Counted from the stretch's first letter, positions 33,351 through 56,106 are shown. The stretch: 64,000 nucleotides of DNA from the human T2T-CHM13v2.0 reference genome, Homo sapiens (GCF_009914755.1 NC_060943.1); one strand, 5' to 3'. Notes: a model not told the origin generated them from the sequence alone. Program-made: numbers and translations.

Positions 33351-33705
33351 TTAATCATGTCCATAATTCACTCTACTCTGGATGAAAATAAATTGTGCCC
33401 AGAGGATCTTGCCAATGAGCCATAAACCTTAGACCTACTCATGACACTGCCATCTTTCTCCACCCTCTAGTCCCACCAATTTTACTTCCTGAATCTCAAA
33501 CCCAGCCATTAGTTTCCATCTTCTCCACCATTCATAAATCCACCTTGTCATCTTTTACTTAGAGTAAGGCAGAGGCCGAGTATGGTGGCTCACACCTATC
33601 ATCCCAACATTTTGGGAGGCCGAGGCAGGAGGATTGCTTGAGGCCAGGAGTTTGAGGCTAGCTGGGGAACATAGCAAAACCCCTATCTCAAAGAACATTT
33701 TATTA

Positions 33706-33843
<138 letters not shown>

Positions 33844-33886
33844 TTAGCCAGGCATGGTGGCAGGCGCCTGTAATCCCAGCTACTCA

Positions 33887-33991
<105 letters not shown>

Positions 33992-34808
33992 TCAAGAAAA
34001 AAAAGAAAAAGAAAAAGAAAAGAAAAGAAAATGTTATTATATTTTTTTTCTATTTTCCATTTTTCTTTAAGACATCCTGCCTCTATTAGAAATTCTTTTT
34101 TAAATAGAGGCCTGGCATGGTGGCTCACACCTATAATCCCAGCACTTCAGGAGGCTGAGACAGGTGGATCACCCGGGGTCAGGAGTTCGAGACCAGCCTC
34201 GTCAACATGGTGAAACCCCATCTCTACTAAAAATACAAAAATTAGCCAGGTGTCGTGGTGCGCGCCTGTAATCCCAGCTACTCAGGAGGCTGAGGCAGGA
34301 GAATCGCTTGAACCCTGGGAGGTGGAGGTTGCAGTGAGCTGAGATCACACCACTGCACTCCAGCCTGGGTGACAGTGAGACTCCATCTCAAATAAATAAA
34401 TACATAAATAAGTAGAATAAGCCAATAGCCCCCTAATTCTTCCAGCTACATCTAAACTGACTGTAATCTATTTTCCACAGTCGACATTCAGACTGGATGG
34501 TGCGCTCCCCTAATTTATCAGCTTTCCTTGCATTTGGGAGAAACAGGTGACACCTGTTACAGGGGCCAGCGTCTGGCATGTCTACCACACTCCCACTCAC
34601 ACAGGGTCACACAGCACTCCCCTGGGTCTCTCCTGCAGCCATACTGGACTTACGGCAGCATTTTGCCCCTGCCACTCAACACTCACAGTGTTGGAAGTCA
34701 CACTTGTAAAGCGAATTCCTTTGTCAGAAACTGAAAATCTCACCTCTAAGAGCCAGCACCTAGTGTCCTCTTGGACAGATAAATTTTTTAGTTGTGTTTG
34801 TGCTCTAG

Positions 34809-35320
<512 letters not shown>

Positions 35321-35840
35321 TAGACAGGGTCTCACTATATTGTCCAGGCTGGTCTTGAACTCCTGGCCTCAAGTGGTCTTCCTGCCTTCGCCTCCCAAAG
35401 TGCTGGGATTACAGGTGTGAGCCACCACACCCAGCCTTAGTATGCCTTTCCTGTCAACAGGAAATTGGTCAACAGGCTTAATTTTAACAATTGCAAAGAA
35501 ACTACTATCTGCCTAACTGCATACAACTTATCCTTGGTCTTTCAGCTATCCATAATTTACTTTGATTCCGACTGGTACTAGTTAATGATTTTTCAGTTTA
35601 TTGTGTGGATTTACAGAATTTGTTTCAAATACACACCGAACAAAGTTGGGAGAGGACACACATTCAAGACACCAATCATTTAAAAAATAGGTTGGGGTGA
35701 AACACACATGACACTGTTACATCTCAGGGCTTAGCAGTGGACCAGGTTTGTAAGAGCAATGGTCAAAAGATGCTTGAGGCTGGGCGTGGTGGCTCACCCT
35801 TGTAATCCCAGAACTTTGGGAGGCTGAGGCGGGTGGATCA

Positions 35841-37075
<1,235 letters not shown>

Positions 37076-37295
37076 TGAATTACAGGTGTGAGCCACCATG
37101 CCCAGCCTTGAGCTTTACTTGAAATGTTTCAGCTTTAATAGGAAAGCAGAAAGTAGAGTGTGTGTTACCTTTTAATAGAAGTATGGAAGGAAGGAGGAAA
37201 ATATGCCAAAAGGTTAGCACAGTTAATTCTGAGCAAGAGGAACGTGGGTCATACGTTTATTCATTATGAGATTTAGATTTTTTTGAAAAGCTCAC

Positions 37296-37310
37296 CTGGG
37301 AATTGTTCAT
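37296..37310 (-). CDS. ZIM3: ZIM3 first coding segment (MNNSQ) within exon 37296-37352
   Basis: ATG AAC AAT TCC CAG|GTGAG; upstream acceptor TTTTCCCTCAG before 37352. Confidence 0.9.
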
Positions 37311-37775
37311 TTCCTGTTCTTCACCAGTCAGTAAAGTCTTGGGAAGGCAGATCTGAGGGAAAATGGAAAAGAACCATGAAATAGCAGAATTCGCTTTGGA
37401 AGTTGGGGATCATCCAGCATAGAATGCTCCACACCCTGGATAAAAGCTCTCCCTAACCCACTCAGAAAAGCCCTGACTTGTACCTCAGTGATCCCCTTCT
37501 GAAGGTCTTTTTTTTTTTTGTTTTGGTTTTTTTGTGTTTGTTTATTTATTGAGACTGGGTCTCAAAGAAGAAAGTGCAAGCCAGGCACGGTGGCTCACGC
37601 CTGTAATCCCAGCACTTTGGGAGGCTGAAGCAGGCAGATCACCAGAGGTCAGGAGTTCGAGACCAGCCTGTCCAACATGGTGAAACCCCGTCTCTACTAA
37701 AAATACAAAATTGGCTGGGCGCGGTGACTCATGCCTGTAATGCCAGCACTTTGGGAGGCCGAGGCAGGCGGATCA

Positions 37776-38092
<317 letters not shown>

Positions 38093-38237
38093 TCAGCTAG
38101 AGCACAGTAAGGAAGGCCGAGAGCAGAAACCATGAATCCTGAAGCAGCTGTGGTCGTGACGAATAACGCCGCAGTGAACATGGGATGCAGATAGCCCTTC
38201 AGCTTTGCCATAAGCGGGACAGCTGGATCATTGGTAA

Positions 38238-38655
<418 letters not shown>

Positions 38656-39525
38656 TGAGACCAGCCTGTGCAACATAGTGAAACCTCTGTCTCAATGTTT
38701 AAGTAATAAAGTTTTTATTTTTTATTTTATTTTATTGAGGCAGGGTCTCATTCTGTCACCCAGGCTGGAGTGCAGTGATGTGATCCCGGCTCACAGCAGT
38801 TTAAAAATCCCTGGCTCAAGCAATCCTCCTACCTTGGCCTCCTGAATAGTTAAGACTATGGGTGCATGCTACCACATCAGCTAACTTTTTATTTTTTGTA
38901 AAGAAGGGATCTTGCTATGTCACCTAAACTGGTCTCAAACTCCTAGGCTCAAGCAATCCTCCTCCCTCAGCCTCCCCAAATCCTGGGATTACATGCATGA
39001 GCCACCACACCAGCCAGGAATAAAGTTTTAAATAAGTAAATATGTTTTTAAAAAGAATAAACTTGCCGGGCACAACTTTAATGTTTATTAAAGTTTGAGG
39101 AGTCCAATTCTAGCACAAAAAATATATATAATTTTAAAAAACAGTAAATTGTAAATGCTTTCACCACAAAAATAGATTAATTAGCTTGATTTAATCATCC
39201 CCCCAATGTAAACATGTATCAAAACATCACATTGTACCCCATAAATAAACACAATTATTATTTGTCAATAAAAAGTTTTTAGAAGTAGCTGTGGGCCAGC
39301 AGTAATGCTAAGGACTGGAGGGCCACGAAAATAATTTTGAGTGTCCTGGGAGCATCACTTTTCAATATGACAACTAAAAAAAAAATCTAAACTACCAATG
39401 TAAAATATTTAGCTTATTCCAGCAAATAGGAGAGGTAGAAAAATGAAACTAAGTAAAAATGCAAAACAAACAAACAAACAAAACCCAGACATTTGGTTTT
39501 CAGGGAGAAAAAAAAATCAGCTTAC

Positions 39526-39870
39526 CTCCAGTGGAATCTGGCATAAATTAGCAAGTTGATTGATTTCTGATGCCTGTGGTCTTTTCTTCTGAAAGGGACT
39601 GAAAATGAAAAGGCGTGTATACTGAAAAGCTACACTAATGACTAAAACTTAATCGGCCCTCTACCCGCTGTATTCCGCATCATAATCCAGTCAAGAAACA
39701 ACCCAAAACACTCACTTCCTATCAAAAGCCCCACCTGATCCTATCAGGCCACATCAAAATTTCAATTCCCAATTCTTTCCTCGACTTCTCCAAAACTGAA
39801 TGAACTCTCATAAAAATTGTGATTGTGAAAGCTTAATTTTCAAATCTGCCCAATCAGTTTCCAATGGAAT
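39526..39870 (-). other. ZIM3: Probable ZIM3 non-coding first exon / promoter (5' boundary uncertain)
   Basis: Strong donor GAG|GTAAG after 39526 in unique sequence; CpG-poor. Confidence 0.5.
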
Positions 39871-41111
39871 TTTTTTTAAGTTCATGCAAGTAAAAATTTT
39901 TTACCTTAACTTTGAAATAGAAAGCATGGAAAACATTATCCAAATGTCAGAGGATGAAAATAAATTAAAACAACAAAAATTGGCTGGGCACGGTGGCTCA
40001 TGCCTGTAATCCCAGCACTTTGGGAGGACAGGAGTTCAAGACCAGCCTGGCCAACATGGGGAAACCCCGTCTCTACTAAAAATACAAAAATTAGCTGGTC
40101 ATGGTGGCACGTGCCTGTAATCCCAGCTACTTGGGAGGCTGAGGCAGGAGAATCGCTTGAACCCGGGAGACGGAGGCTTCAGTGAGCCAAGATCGTGCCA
40201 CTGCACTCCAGCCTGGGCAATGAGCGAGACTCCATCTCACGTCTCAAAAAAAAAAAAAGAAAGGAAAAGAAAAAAGAAATAGGGCCAGCGGAGGTGGAAC
40301 AATGCCTTAAAGTGCTCTCCGCCCGACAGAAAGAATTCAGGCTCCAACCTCCAACTGGCAAAATCTCTTCAGCTGTACTAATACTCTCAAAATGAGATCA
40401 ACATGCCAATCCATCCCCACCCTAGTCTGGGTGTTGAATTTAAACACAGGCTACATGCCCTTGCCTGCAGACATGGAGACCTTCCAAAATTGAGCGTCCA
40501 ACTGAATTCCAAGAGATTAAACCAGACTTCATGGGACAGGATGCACCAGACTAGACCTCCTCCCAGGAGAAGAGGTATCCAAAGATCGTATTAGCAAATG
40601 ACCCTTGGCGGTGTGCGGTGGCTCAAGCCTGTAATCCCAACACTTTGGGAGACTGAGGCAGACAGATCACCTGAGGTCAGGAGTTCAAGACCAGCCTGGT
40701 CAACATGGTGAAATCCTGTCTCTACTAAAAATACAAAAATTAGCTGGGCATGGTGGTACACACCTGTAGTCCCAGCTACTCAGCTACTCAAGAGGCTGAG
40801 GCAGAATTGCTTGAACCCAAAACACAGAGGTTGCTGTGAGCTGAGATCATGCCACTGCACTCCAGCCTGGGCGACAGAGGGAGACTCCATCTCAAAAAAA
40901 AAAAAAAGAAAAAAAAAGCAAAATGACCCAGCCAGCCTGAATCCCAGCCGCCGTGTCGGACTACTATAGTCCCAGATACTTGGAAGGCTGAGGTGGGAGG
41001 ATCAATTGAGCCCAAGAGGTCAAGGCTGCAGTGAGCAAGGATCTTGCCACTGCATTCCAGCCTGAGAGACAGAGCAAGCCTGCAGGTGAACGGAAAGGGG
41101 TGGAGTGATTT

Positions 41112-41175
<64 letters not shown>

Positions 41176-42804
41176 GTCTGAGCCGCTGTGCCTGGCCTTT
41201 TTTATTTTTTTTTAGAGACAGGCTGGTCTCAAACTCCTGGCCCCAAGTGATCCTCCCATCCCAGCCTCCCAAAGTACTGGTATTACAGATGTGAGCCACT
41301 GCAGTTGGCTCAACAGCAGATTTTCAATGTAGATGAAAAAGCCATCTATTGGAAGGAGATTCCATCTAGGATTTTTATAGCTAGAGAGAAGTCAATGCCT
41401 GGCCTCAAAACTTCCAAGGACAGGATGATTCTCTTACATGAAACTAATGCAGCTGGTGACTGAATTTAATCTAATGCTCACTTACCATTTAAAAAATTTT
41501 AAAGCCTCTAAGAATTATGCTGGCCAAATGCGGTGGCTCATGCCTCTAATCCCAGCAATTTGGGAAGCCAAGGCGGGCAGATCACTTGAGGTCAGGAGTT
41601 CCAAGCCAGCCTGGCCAACATGGTGAAACCCCATCTCTACTAAAAATACAAAAAAATTAGCCAGGCATGGTGGCCCGTGCCTGTAGTCCCAGATACTCAG
41701 GAGGCTGAGGCAAGACAATCACTTGAACCTCGGAGGCGGAGGCTGCAGTGAGCCGAGATCACACCACTGCACTCCAGCCTGGGTGACAGAGTGAGACTGT
41801 GTCTCAAAAAACAAACAAAGAAAAGAATTATGTTAAATCTACTCTATCTGTGCTCTATAAATGAAACAACAAAGCCTGGGTGATAGCACATTTGTCTACA
41901 GTATGGTTTTGATTATTTTAAGCCCACTGTTGAGAACTATTTCTCAGACAAAAAGAAAAAGATTCCCTTCAAAGCATTACTGCTCTTCAGATCCCAGGTG
42001 TTAAGCCAGTAAACACAATAAATAAATAAATAAATAAGTAAATAAATAAATAACTGCTCATCAAACCTAAACACAAAAATAGAAAAATAATAAAAAAGCA
42101 AAAGACCACACAAAAACAAAATATCACTGCTCATTGAAAATGTATCGGGTCACTCAAGAGCTGATGGATGAATCTTAATTTCAGTTGAAGAAAAAAACTC
42201 TGATGGAGATGTACAAGGAGATGAATGTTGTTTGCATGCCTGCTAACACAACATCCATTCTGCAGACCGTGGGTCAAGAAGTAATTTTGACTTTCAAGTC
42301 GTGTTATCTAAGAAACACATTTCATAAAGCCATTTCTCCCATAGATAGTGAATCCTCTGATGGATCGGGGCAAAGTCCATTGAAAACCTCCATGAAACAG
42401 TTCATCATTCTAAATGCCATTAAGAACATTTGTGATTCATGGAAAGAGGTCAAAATATCAGCATGAACAGGATTTGGAAGAAGTGGATTCCAACCCTCAT
42501 GGATGACTTTGAGGGGTTCAAAAATTCAGTGGAGACCAGGCACATGACTTATGCCTATAATCACAGCATTTTAGGACCTAAAGTGGGACGATCACTTGAG
42601 GCCAGGAGTTTGAGACCAGCCTGGCAACATAGCGAGACTCCCATCTTTATTTTTAAAATATATATTAATAATTCAATGGAAGTAGTGACTGCAGATGTAG
42701 CAGAAATAGCAAGACAACTAGAATTGGAAGTGGAGCCTGAAGATGTGACTGAATTTTTGCAACCTGCTGGTAAAACTTGAACAGATGAAATTTTTTTTTA
42801 ATTA

Positions 42805-44234
<1,430 letters not shown>

Positions 44235-44292
44235 GAAAGACCTCATGAAGCGGGCAGATCACGAGGTCAGGAGATCAAGACCATCCTGGCTA

Positions 44293-44754
<462 letters not shown>

Positions 44755-45176
44755 TGAGGCTGGTCTCGAACTCCTGACCTCAGGTGATCCGCCCACCTCG
44801 GCCTCCCAAAGTGCTGGGATTACAGGCGTGAGCCACCGTGCCCAGCCTTAAAGTGTTTTTTTAAAGGTACTCAAATATGTCAATTTTATTGTTTCTCTAT
44901 GTGCACATTTATTTGCTACTGAAAATTGCAAAAGCAGTACATCATGGCTTCTTATTGCAATGCATCCTCCCACCTCAGCTTCCCAAGTAGCTGGGACCAC
45001 AGGCATGTGCCACTTCACCTGGCAAATTTTTTTGAAAAATTTTTTTGTAGAGATGGAGTCTCGCCATGTTGCCCAGGCTGGTCTTGAACTCTTAGCCTCA
45101 AGCAATACTCCTGCCACAGCCTCCCAAAACGCTGGGATTACATGCAATAGCCACCATGCCTGGCCTACTTCAAGTT

Positions 45177-46515
<1,339 letters not shown>

Positions 46516-47294
46516 TCATGGGTCCATTGGCAGGCTAGTCACAAGTGCCTCCTGGATCTTTGGGTCCTGGCGGAAAACGATGCCAGACTCTCAAATTGCC
46601 ACAAGGTAGCCTGGAAAGAACGCCACAGTCCAGAAGGAGCCTCGAAAGTGGTTTCATGAGGTGGAATTTACTCCTGGTGAAGATGCTGTGAACGCTGTTT
46701 AAACTACAACAGAGGATTTACAATATTGACGCACGTAGTTAAGAAAGCAGTGGCAGGGTTTGAGAGGATTGGCTCCAATTTTGAAAGAAGTTCTATTATG
46801 GGTAAAATGCTATCAAACAACATCTCATGTTCCAGAGAAATCTTTCGTGGAAGGAAGCGTCAGTTAATGTGGTAAATTTCATTGTTGTTTTAACAAATTG
46901 TTACAACCACTTCAATATTTAGCAACCACCACCCTTATCAGCCAGCAGCCAATGACATTGAGGCAAGACTCCTCACCAGCAAAAAAGATTACGACTCCCT
47001 GAAGGCTAAGATCATTATTAGTATTTTTAGCAATAAAGTATTTTTATATAATTTCTTTTTAAAAAATAATGGAGCTTCAAATAAGGGCATCAGGTATTTT
47101 TTCTTTTAATAGATGGGGTTTTGCCATGTTGTCCAGGCTGAGCTCAAGCAATCCACCTGCCTCGGCCTCCCAAAGTGCTGGGATTACAGGCGTGAGTCAC
47201 CCCACCCAGCCAGCATCAAGTGTTTTAAAATTAAAGTATGTGCCTTGTTTCCTAGACATAACACCATTTTACACTTTATTAGACTACAGTGTAG

Positions 47295-47490
<196 letters not shown>

Positions 47491-48709
47491 TAGTAGAGAC
47501 GGGGTTTCTCCACGTTAGCCAGGATGGTCTCGATCTCCTGACCTCGCGATCTGCCCGCCTCCGCCTCCCAAAGTGCTGGTATTACAGGCATGAGCCACCG
47601 CGCCCGGCCATAACTTCTTTTTTTAAATAGAGACAGGATCTCCCTATATTGCCCAGGTTGACCTCACAACTCCTGGTCTCAAGTGATCCTCCCCCTTCCA
47701 TGTCCTAAAGTACTGGGATTATAGGCATGAGCCACCACACCCAGCCAATGTAACTTTATATTCACAAGGAAACAAAACCATTTTTGTGACTCACTTTATA
47801 GCAATATTTGCTTTATTGTGGTGGGCTGCAACCCAATCCACAATATCTTTGAGGTATGGCTGTACTTTCTAAGTGTTTCCTGAGTCAGCCTACTTTTTCT
47901 CCATTTTTTGGTCATTATTCTATCCGGTTTTTTTTTTGTTTTGTTTTGTTGTTGTTTGGAAACAAGAACTTGCTGTGTCGCCCAGGCTGGAGTGCAGTAG
48001 CACGATCATAGCTCACTGCAGCCTCACCATCCCTGTGTTCAAACCATTCTCCTGCCTCAGGCTCCTAAGTTGCTGAGACTACAGATGCACACTACCACAC
48101 CTGGCTCATTTTTAAAAAATTGTTTGTAGAGATGGGGTCTCATCATGTTGCCCAGGTTGATCTGGAACTCCTGGCCTCAAGCAATCCTTCCGCCTCAGCC
48201 TTCTGAGTAGCCCTGATCAATCCATTGTTGAAGAATACATGGATGTTACTTTGCAGTCTGTCATCCTGAATTTGTGTTCACTTGACATTGCCTAATTATT
48301 AGTTTCAGCTTACCCACTTTTTGTCACTAACACGCAGAAGAGACTGTGGCCTTCTTACTGTATCATATCAGGAAGCATCTCACATTGGTTTGTGCCATTA
48401 CTGGTGCAGTGACTTTCAGCCACTTGGTTAAGGTGGAGTTGGCCATATTTCTCTGCTGCAAAATTACTGATTTTCCTTTTGTAATTAATAAGTGTGTGTG
48501 AGTAGATTCTTTTGAGATGAAGTATATATCTTGTTCTTCCTTGAACTTAAAGGTTTTTTTTTAAGTGAAAGCAAATTTGTTAAGAAAGTAAAGGAATAAA
48601 AGAACGGCTACTCCATAGGCAGAGCAGTGTCACTTTAAGGTTATGACGTCAAGTGATTTTTGTACAAATCAATAATTACTGTGATGATTGAAAAAAGATT
48701 ATTACCAAG

Positions 48710-48715
48710 TTTATT
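48710..48715 (-). terminator. DUXA: Candidate DUXA polyadenylation signal
   Basis: AATAAA on the minus strand about 365 nt after the stop; a second AATAAA lies near 48815. Confidence 0.45.
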
Positions 48716-49078
48716 TTCATTGTCTCAAGGTCTTCTGAACTCTGGATCTAGGCTGTGTCAACAGGGTAGTGTGGTACCCCCTGTACCCGTCTCTGCCTCC
48801 TACAGTCCTTTTCATTTATTTTGTTTTTTTATAATAGAGGCAGAGTCTTGCTATATGTTGTCCAGGCTGGTTTCAAACTCCTGAGCTCAAGCAATCTTCC
48901 TGCCTTGGCCTCCCAAAGTAGTGGGATTACAAGTGTGACCCACCACATCTGGCCAAGTCCTTTACCATCTTCAGAAGGCTTAGCTTGCAGTTTCAGCAGA
49001 AGGATAGACTCCCAGGAAGACCGTGAGACAGATTTGGGGTCCAGTTGATATTATCAAGTACACTGAATTTGACTGTGT

Positions 49079-49149
49079 TCACCACGTTCTGGCTCCAGAG
49101 AAATGAGAGTCACTAGTGAAGTTGGTGCCATTTTGTGTATCTTCTGCAC
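49079..49149 (-). CDS. DUXA: DUXA coding exon 6
   Basis: GAEDTQNGTNFTSDSHFSGARTW*; CCTTAG acceptor; exons 25+155+112+146+106+71 = 615 nt = 204 aa + stop. Confidence 0.93.
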
Positions 49150-49183
49150 CTAAGGAGGAAAAAAGATAGAGGAAAGAATGTAA

Positions 49184-49435
<252 letters not shown>

Positions 49436-49933
49436 TAGCCAGGATGGTCTCGATCTCCTTACCTCGTGATCCGCCCACCTCGGCCTCCCAAAGTGCTGGG
49501 ATTACAGGCGTGAGCCACCACGCCCAGCCCCCACCTTTTCAATCCAATATGGAACCTACTACCTCCTGGGAAAGCCATGCCCCCGCTGCCCCTGGCAGAC
49601 CACACCTGAGGATTCATTCCTCCTCTCACTCAATCACACCTTCAACAGAAGTGTATTGAGCGTTTCCTTTGTACCAGGCACTGGGGATACAACAGTGAAT
49701 TTGTATCCATGGGGTTGCTGGAATCCAGTTGGAAAGTGGGCAGTGGATTCTTCAGAAGGTTCATAGGCCTGGGAAGAGTCTTTGGGGACTGTGAGCAACC
49801 CCATGGTACCGTGGAGCACTTGAGTGGGGATATCCTCCACCTCCCAGGAGGAGCTGTCGGCTCCACCATGACGAAGCACTGGACATCCAAGGGCTCCGCT
49901 TGTGAACCACATTGGAAACAACAGGCTAGTTAC

Positions 49934-50039
49934 CTTGCAGTCCCTCAGGAATCTTGCCCTGCTCTTCTTGTTCTAAGGACGCCACAGGTTCCCTTTTTCT
50001 CTGGAGAAGTAATCTAGATCTTCGATTTTGGAACCAAAT
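49934..50039 (-). CDS. DUXA: DUXA coding exon 5 (end of homeodomain 2)
   Basis: IWFQNRRSRLLLQRKREPVASLEQEEQGKIPEGLQ; AG/GT boundaries. Confidence 0.95.
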
Positions 50040-50335
50040 CTAAGTGGTAAGACAAAGAAACTTAATTTAAACAAAGAATGTTGTGTAAAACTCATGATTG
50101 CTTTCTTCTCTTTTTTCTTTTCTGTTTTTTGAGACAGCGGTCTCTCTCAGAGTAGCTAGTGCCACAGCTGTGCATCATCACCTTAGGCTAACTTTTAAAC
50201 TTTTTGTAGAGACGAGGTTTCACCACGTGGCCCAGGCTGATCTTGAACTTCTGAGCACAACCAATCCTCCCAAGTAGCTGGGACTAGAGGCACACTTGAC
50301 TGTGCCCAACCCAAGATAGATAGATAGATAGATAG

Positions 50336-50654
<319 letters not shown>

Positions 50655-51018
50655 TGACATTTGTGAGAGTCTATAAGGCCTAAAGAGAACACCCAAAATT
50701 CTGAAACTCACACCCAGTCCCTTTGTGATAGGTTTTAGATCCTGAAAGTTCACAGGTCCACCTCATTACAATACCGGTGTTTCTCTAAAGTGACATGCTA
50801 CATTGCAGCTCTTCCTTCTGCCTGAAATTTTTTTTTCTATCTCTTTTTCTTCCCCTCAGAAATGCCCATTTTACTTCCAATTCCCAGAATAGAGAATGTC
50901 TAGGAAAACATTCTTCATCCCACAAGACAAACTTAATTTCTGTTCCTTCTTTGTGCCCATAGATTATACACATAGGCATGTAAAACTTATGCATATATAC
51001 TCACATAATTTGAAATAG

Positions 51019-51312
<294 letters not shown>

Positions 51313-51350
51313 TGAGCCGCCGTAACTGGCCACAACTCTTTTTATTTTGA

Positions 51351-51569
<219 letters not shown>

Positions 51570-52005
51570 TGATCCACCCGCCTTGGCCTCCCAAAGTGCT
51601 GAGATTACAGGTGTGAGCCACTGTGCCCAGCCACAACTCTTAATAGTGTGAAAATGGCAGTTAAGTTTCAACATTGGTTTTGGAGGAGACAAACATTCAA
51701 ACCATAGCAATCACTACCTAGTACAGTACCTAGCACATAGTAGATGCTCCGAATAATGCAAAATGAAAGAAGGACAGAATGAAAAATGAACACGAGACGA
51801 GGAAAGTAAAACGAAAGAACCATCAGAACTACTAATGTGCATTCATGTCCTGCTTACAGGAGGGAGCACTGGTTTAAACGCACACACACCCTACACAGCA
51901 GTCTGACAATTTTATTCCATTTCAAGATGTGTCAGGAATGAATCCTCGGACAGACTGGTACATTTCTCTGAGCTAAATGTTAAATGTCTAAAGTGGACCT
52001 CATAA

Positions 52006-52179
<174 letters not shown>

Positions 52180-52371
52180 TAGAGATGGGGTTTCACCATG
52201 TTGGCCGGGCTGGTCTTCAACTCCTGACCTCAGGTGATCTGCCCACCTCAGCCTCCCAAAGTGCTGGCATTACAGACGTGAGCCACCGCACCCAGCCTGG
52301 ACCTCATAACTCTAACCTCAGGGCATAATTAGAAGATCTGAAGGATACAGTAGACATAAAGACTTCAGTCA

Positions 52372-52551
<180 letters not shown>

Positions 52552-52994
52552 TCAGGCAGCTGAAGCACAAAAACCGCTTGAACCTAGGAGGTCGAGGTGG
52601 CAGTGAGGCAAGATTTCGCCGCTGCACTCCAGCCTGGGTAATAGAGTGAGACCCCATCTCAGAAAAAAAAAAAAGGCTTTAGCCAAATGCCTGGCTTATA
52701 TGCAATGTTAACTAATATTCACTCACTCAACAACTTCTCATTGGGTGTCACGTGCCACGCACTGTTCAGGGCCCAAGGAATACAACATTGCTCAAGACAG
52801 ACAGAAAATACCAGAAGGGGATGTGAGATTGAGTCCTGTGGGCACCTGGGGGTAGAAGCCAGCAGACAGGGAACAGCTGTGAAAGACCCTGAAATGTGCC
52901 CAGCATGATGAGGAACTGCCTGAGGCCCATGTGGCTTCCCTTCCTGTATACCTAGATCCCTAGGAGATGGGACAACCACCTTCTTATCACTCAC

Positions 52995-53140
52995 TTGGAC
53001 TCTTGACTCTGGAACACCGATTTCTTTAGCAAGTTCTTCTCTGGAATCAATCCCAGGATATGGGTTTTTCATAAATGCCTTGATGAGAGTGTGTAACTGA
53101 GAGGCGCTGTAGGTGGTACGACACCGTCTGGCTTCTCTAC
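52995..53140 (-). CDS. DUXA: DUXA coding exon 4 (homeodomain 2, first part)
   Basis: REARRCRTTYSASQLHTLIKAFMKNPYPGIDSREELAKEIGVPESRVQ; CCCTAG acceptor, GTGAGT donor. Confidence 0.96.
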
Positions 53141-53503
53141 CTAGGGAAGGCATGGAAAGATGGAGGGGGGCGGTCAAGGAATATTGCAAGGGTCCATTCA
53201 CATATTCAAACACAGAACCCAAACTTGTCACTCTCCCTCCAATTTCGATCCCACTGACTCCTCCTGAGAGGATCTTGTCCCAGGTTCCTTCCAGGTGGAA
53301 GGTTCTAGAGGAGACCCAGGATGATATGTCTGGGCTTCTGGACTCCAGTAGAAAGAAAGTAGGCAAGAGGCCGGGCGCGGTGGCTCACGCCTGTAATGCC
53401 GGCACTTTGAGAGACTGAGAGGGGGCAGATCACAAGGTCAGGAGTTCAAGACCAGCCTGACCAATATGGCGAAACCTCGTCTCTACTAAAAGTACAAAAA
53501 TTA

Positions 53504-53945
<442 letters not shown>

Positions 53946-54041
53946 CTAAGTGAGGAAAAGAAAAGGAGAGAATTACGTGTTAATGTCATTTAAGCTACAT
54001 CACTGCCTGTTCCCAAAGTGAGCAATTCTTATTGGGCCTAG

Positions 54042-54482
<441 letters not shown>

Positions 54483-55309
54483 TAGCCGGCCAGGTGCAGT
54501 GGCTCATGCCTGTAATCCCAGCACTTTGGGAAGCCGAAGCAGGCAGATCACGAGGTCAGGAGTTCAAGACCAGCCTGGCCAACATAGTGAACCTCAGTCT
54601 TTACTAAAAATACAAAACAAAATTAGCTGATCATGGCGGCAGGCGCCTGTAGTCCCAGCTACTTGGGAGGCTGAGGCAGAAGAATCACTTGAACTTGGGA
54701 GGCGGGGGTTTCAGCAAGCCAAGATCACACCACTGCACTCCAGCTTGGACGACACAGCGAGACTCTGTCTCAAAATTAAAAAAAATTAGCTGTGGTGGCA
54801 CATGCCTATAGTCCCAGCTATCTGGGAAGCTGAGGGAGGGTTGCTTGAGACCGGGATTTCAAGGCTTCGGTGAGCCTTGATTGTGCCCCTGCACTCCAGC
54901 CTGGGTGAGACAGTGAGACCCTGACTCAAAAAGATGAAAACAAAAATAAAAATAAAAGATTGGGCATTCAGCATCTTCACAATCTGCTGCCAACATGATT
55001 TGCTCTAATTATTAATATTTAATTGGTAAATAGCTGCTACAATTATTACATGTTTAAAAGCCAGCTCAAGTATCTCCTTCTCTGAAGGTACGCCTACACG
55101 TGTTCTCTCACCTCCTGTGAGCTCGCTCATCCTCAGTATCCACATCTGTGAAGTGAGGCTAAGACCAACACCTTCGTGGGTTTATTGAGGGTCAGTTGAG
55201 ATACTCCCTACCAAGCCCTCAGCACATGGGTACATAGTATGGGCTCCGTTAATGGTTCTCTCTCCTGCCTTTTTACTTCCAGTCCTGGAGATATTGAACT
55301 TTAACTTAC

Positions 55310-55464
55310 CTGGATTCTGGACTCTTCTGTATTGATTTCTAAAGCAAGTTTTTGTTTGGTAGCATAACCTGGGTAAGGCTTTTGATTGAAGGTATTGATG
55401 AGGATTTTCAACTGTTCTTCTGTGAATTTTGTGCGACAGCGCCTATGATTTGTTTTTACCATCT
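55310..55464 (-). CDS. DUXA: DUXA coding exon 2 (homeodomain 1, first part)
   Basis: KMVKTNHRRCRTKFTEEQLKILINTFNQKPYPGYATKQKLALEINTEESRIQ; CTACAG acceptor, GTAAGT donor. Confidence 0.96.
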
Positions 55465-55829
55465 CTGTAGGAAGATTACAAAAGAAGAAGCATGTAATAG
55501 GTTAATTTATATACTCAAACTTCAGGTTCAAGCTAGTCTCTCACTTCCTCTTCCCAAATCCACTGGAATCCACTCCAGGAGAACTACCCTCATACAAGTA
55601 TGGAGCTCTTGAACACACAATGGCGATTTTTCAACTTCTTTAGCTCATCTGAATGCCATACTAAGAAGTCAGGGATCCTCTGTTTTGAAAAACCATTAAA
55701 AACCATTGTGAGCCGGGCATGGTGGTTGACGCCTGTAATCCCAGCACTTTAGGAGGTCAAGGTGGTCAGATCATGAGGTCAGGAGTTCGAGACCAGCCTG
55801 GCCAACATGATGAAACTCCATCTGTACTA

Positions 55830-56072
<243 letters not shown>

Positions 56073-56106
56073 TCACAAGGTCAGGAGATCGAGACCATCC
56101 TGGCTA

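Noticed and set aside
52719-53366. 215-aa ORF containing a partial homeodomain
   Set aside because: Only 52995-53140 is exon (DUXA exon 4); the rest is open intron sequence
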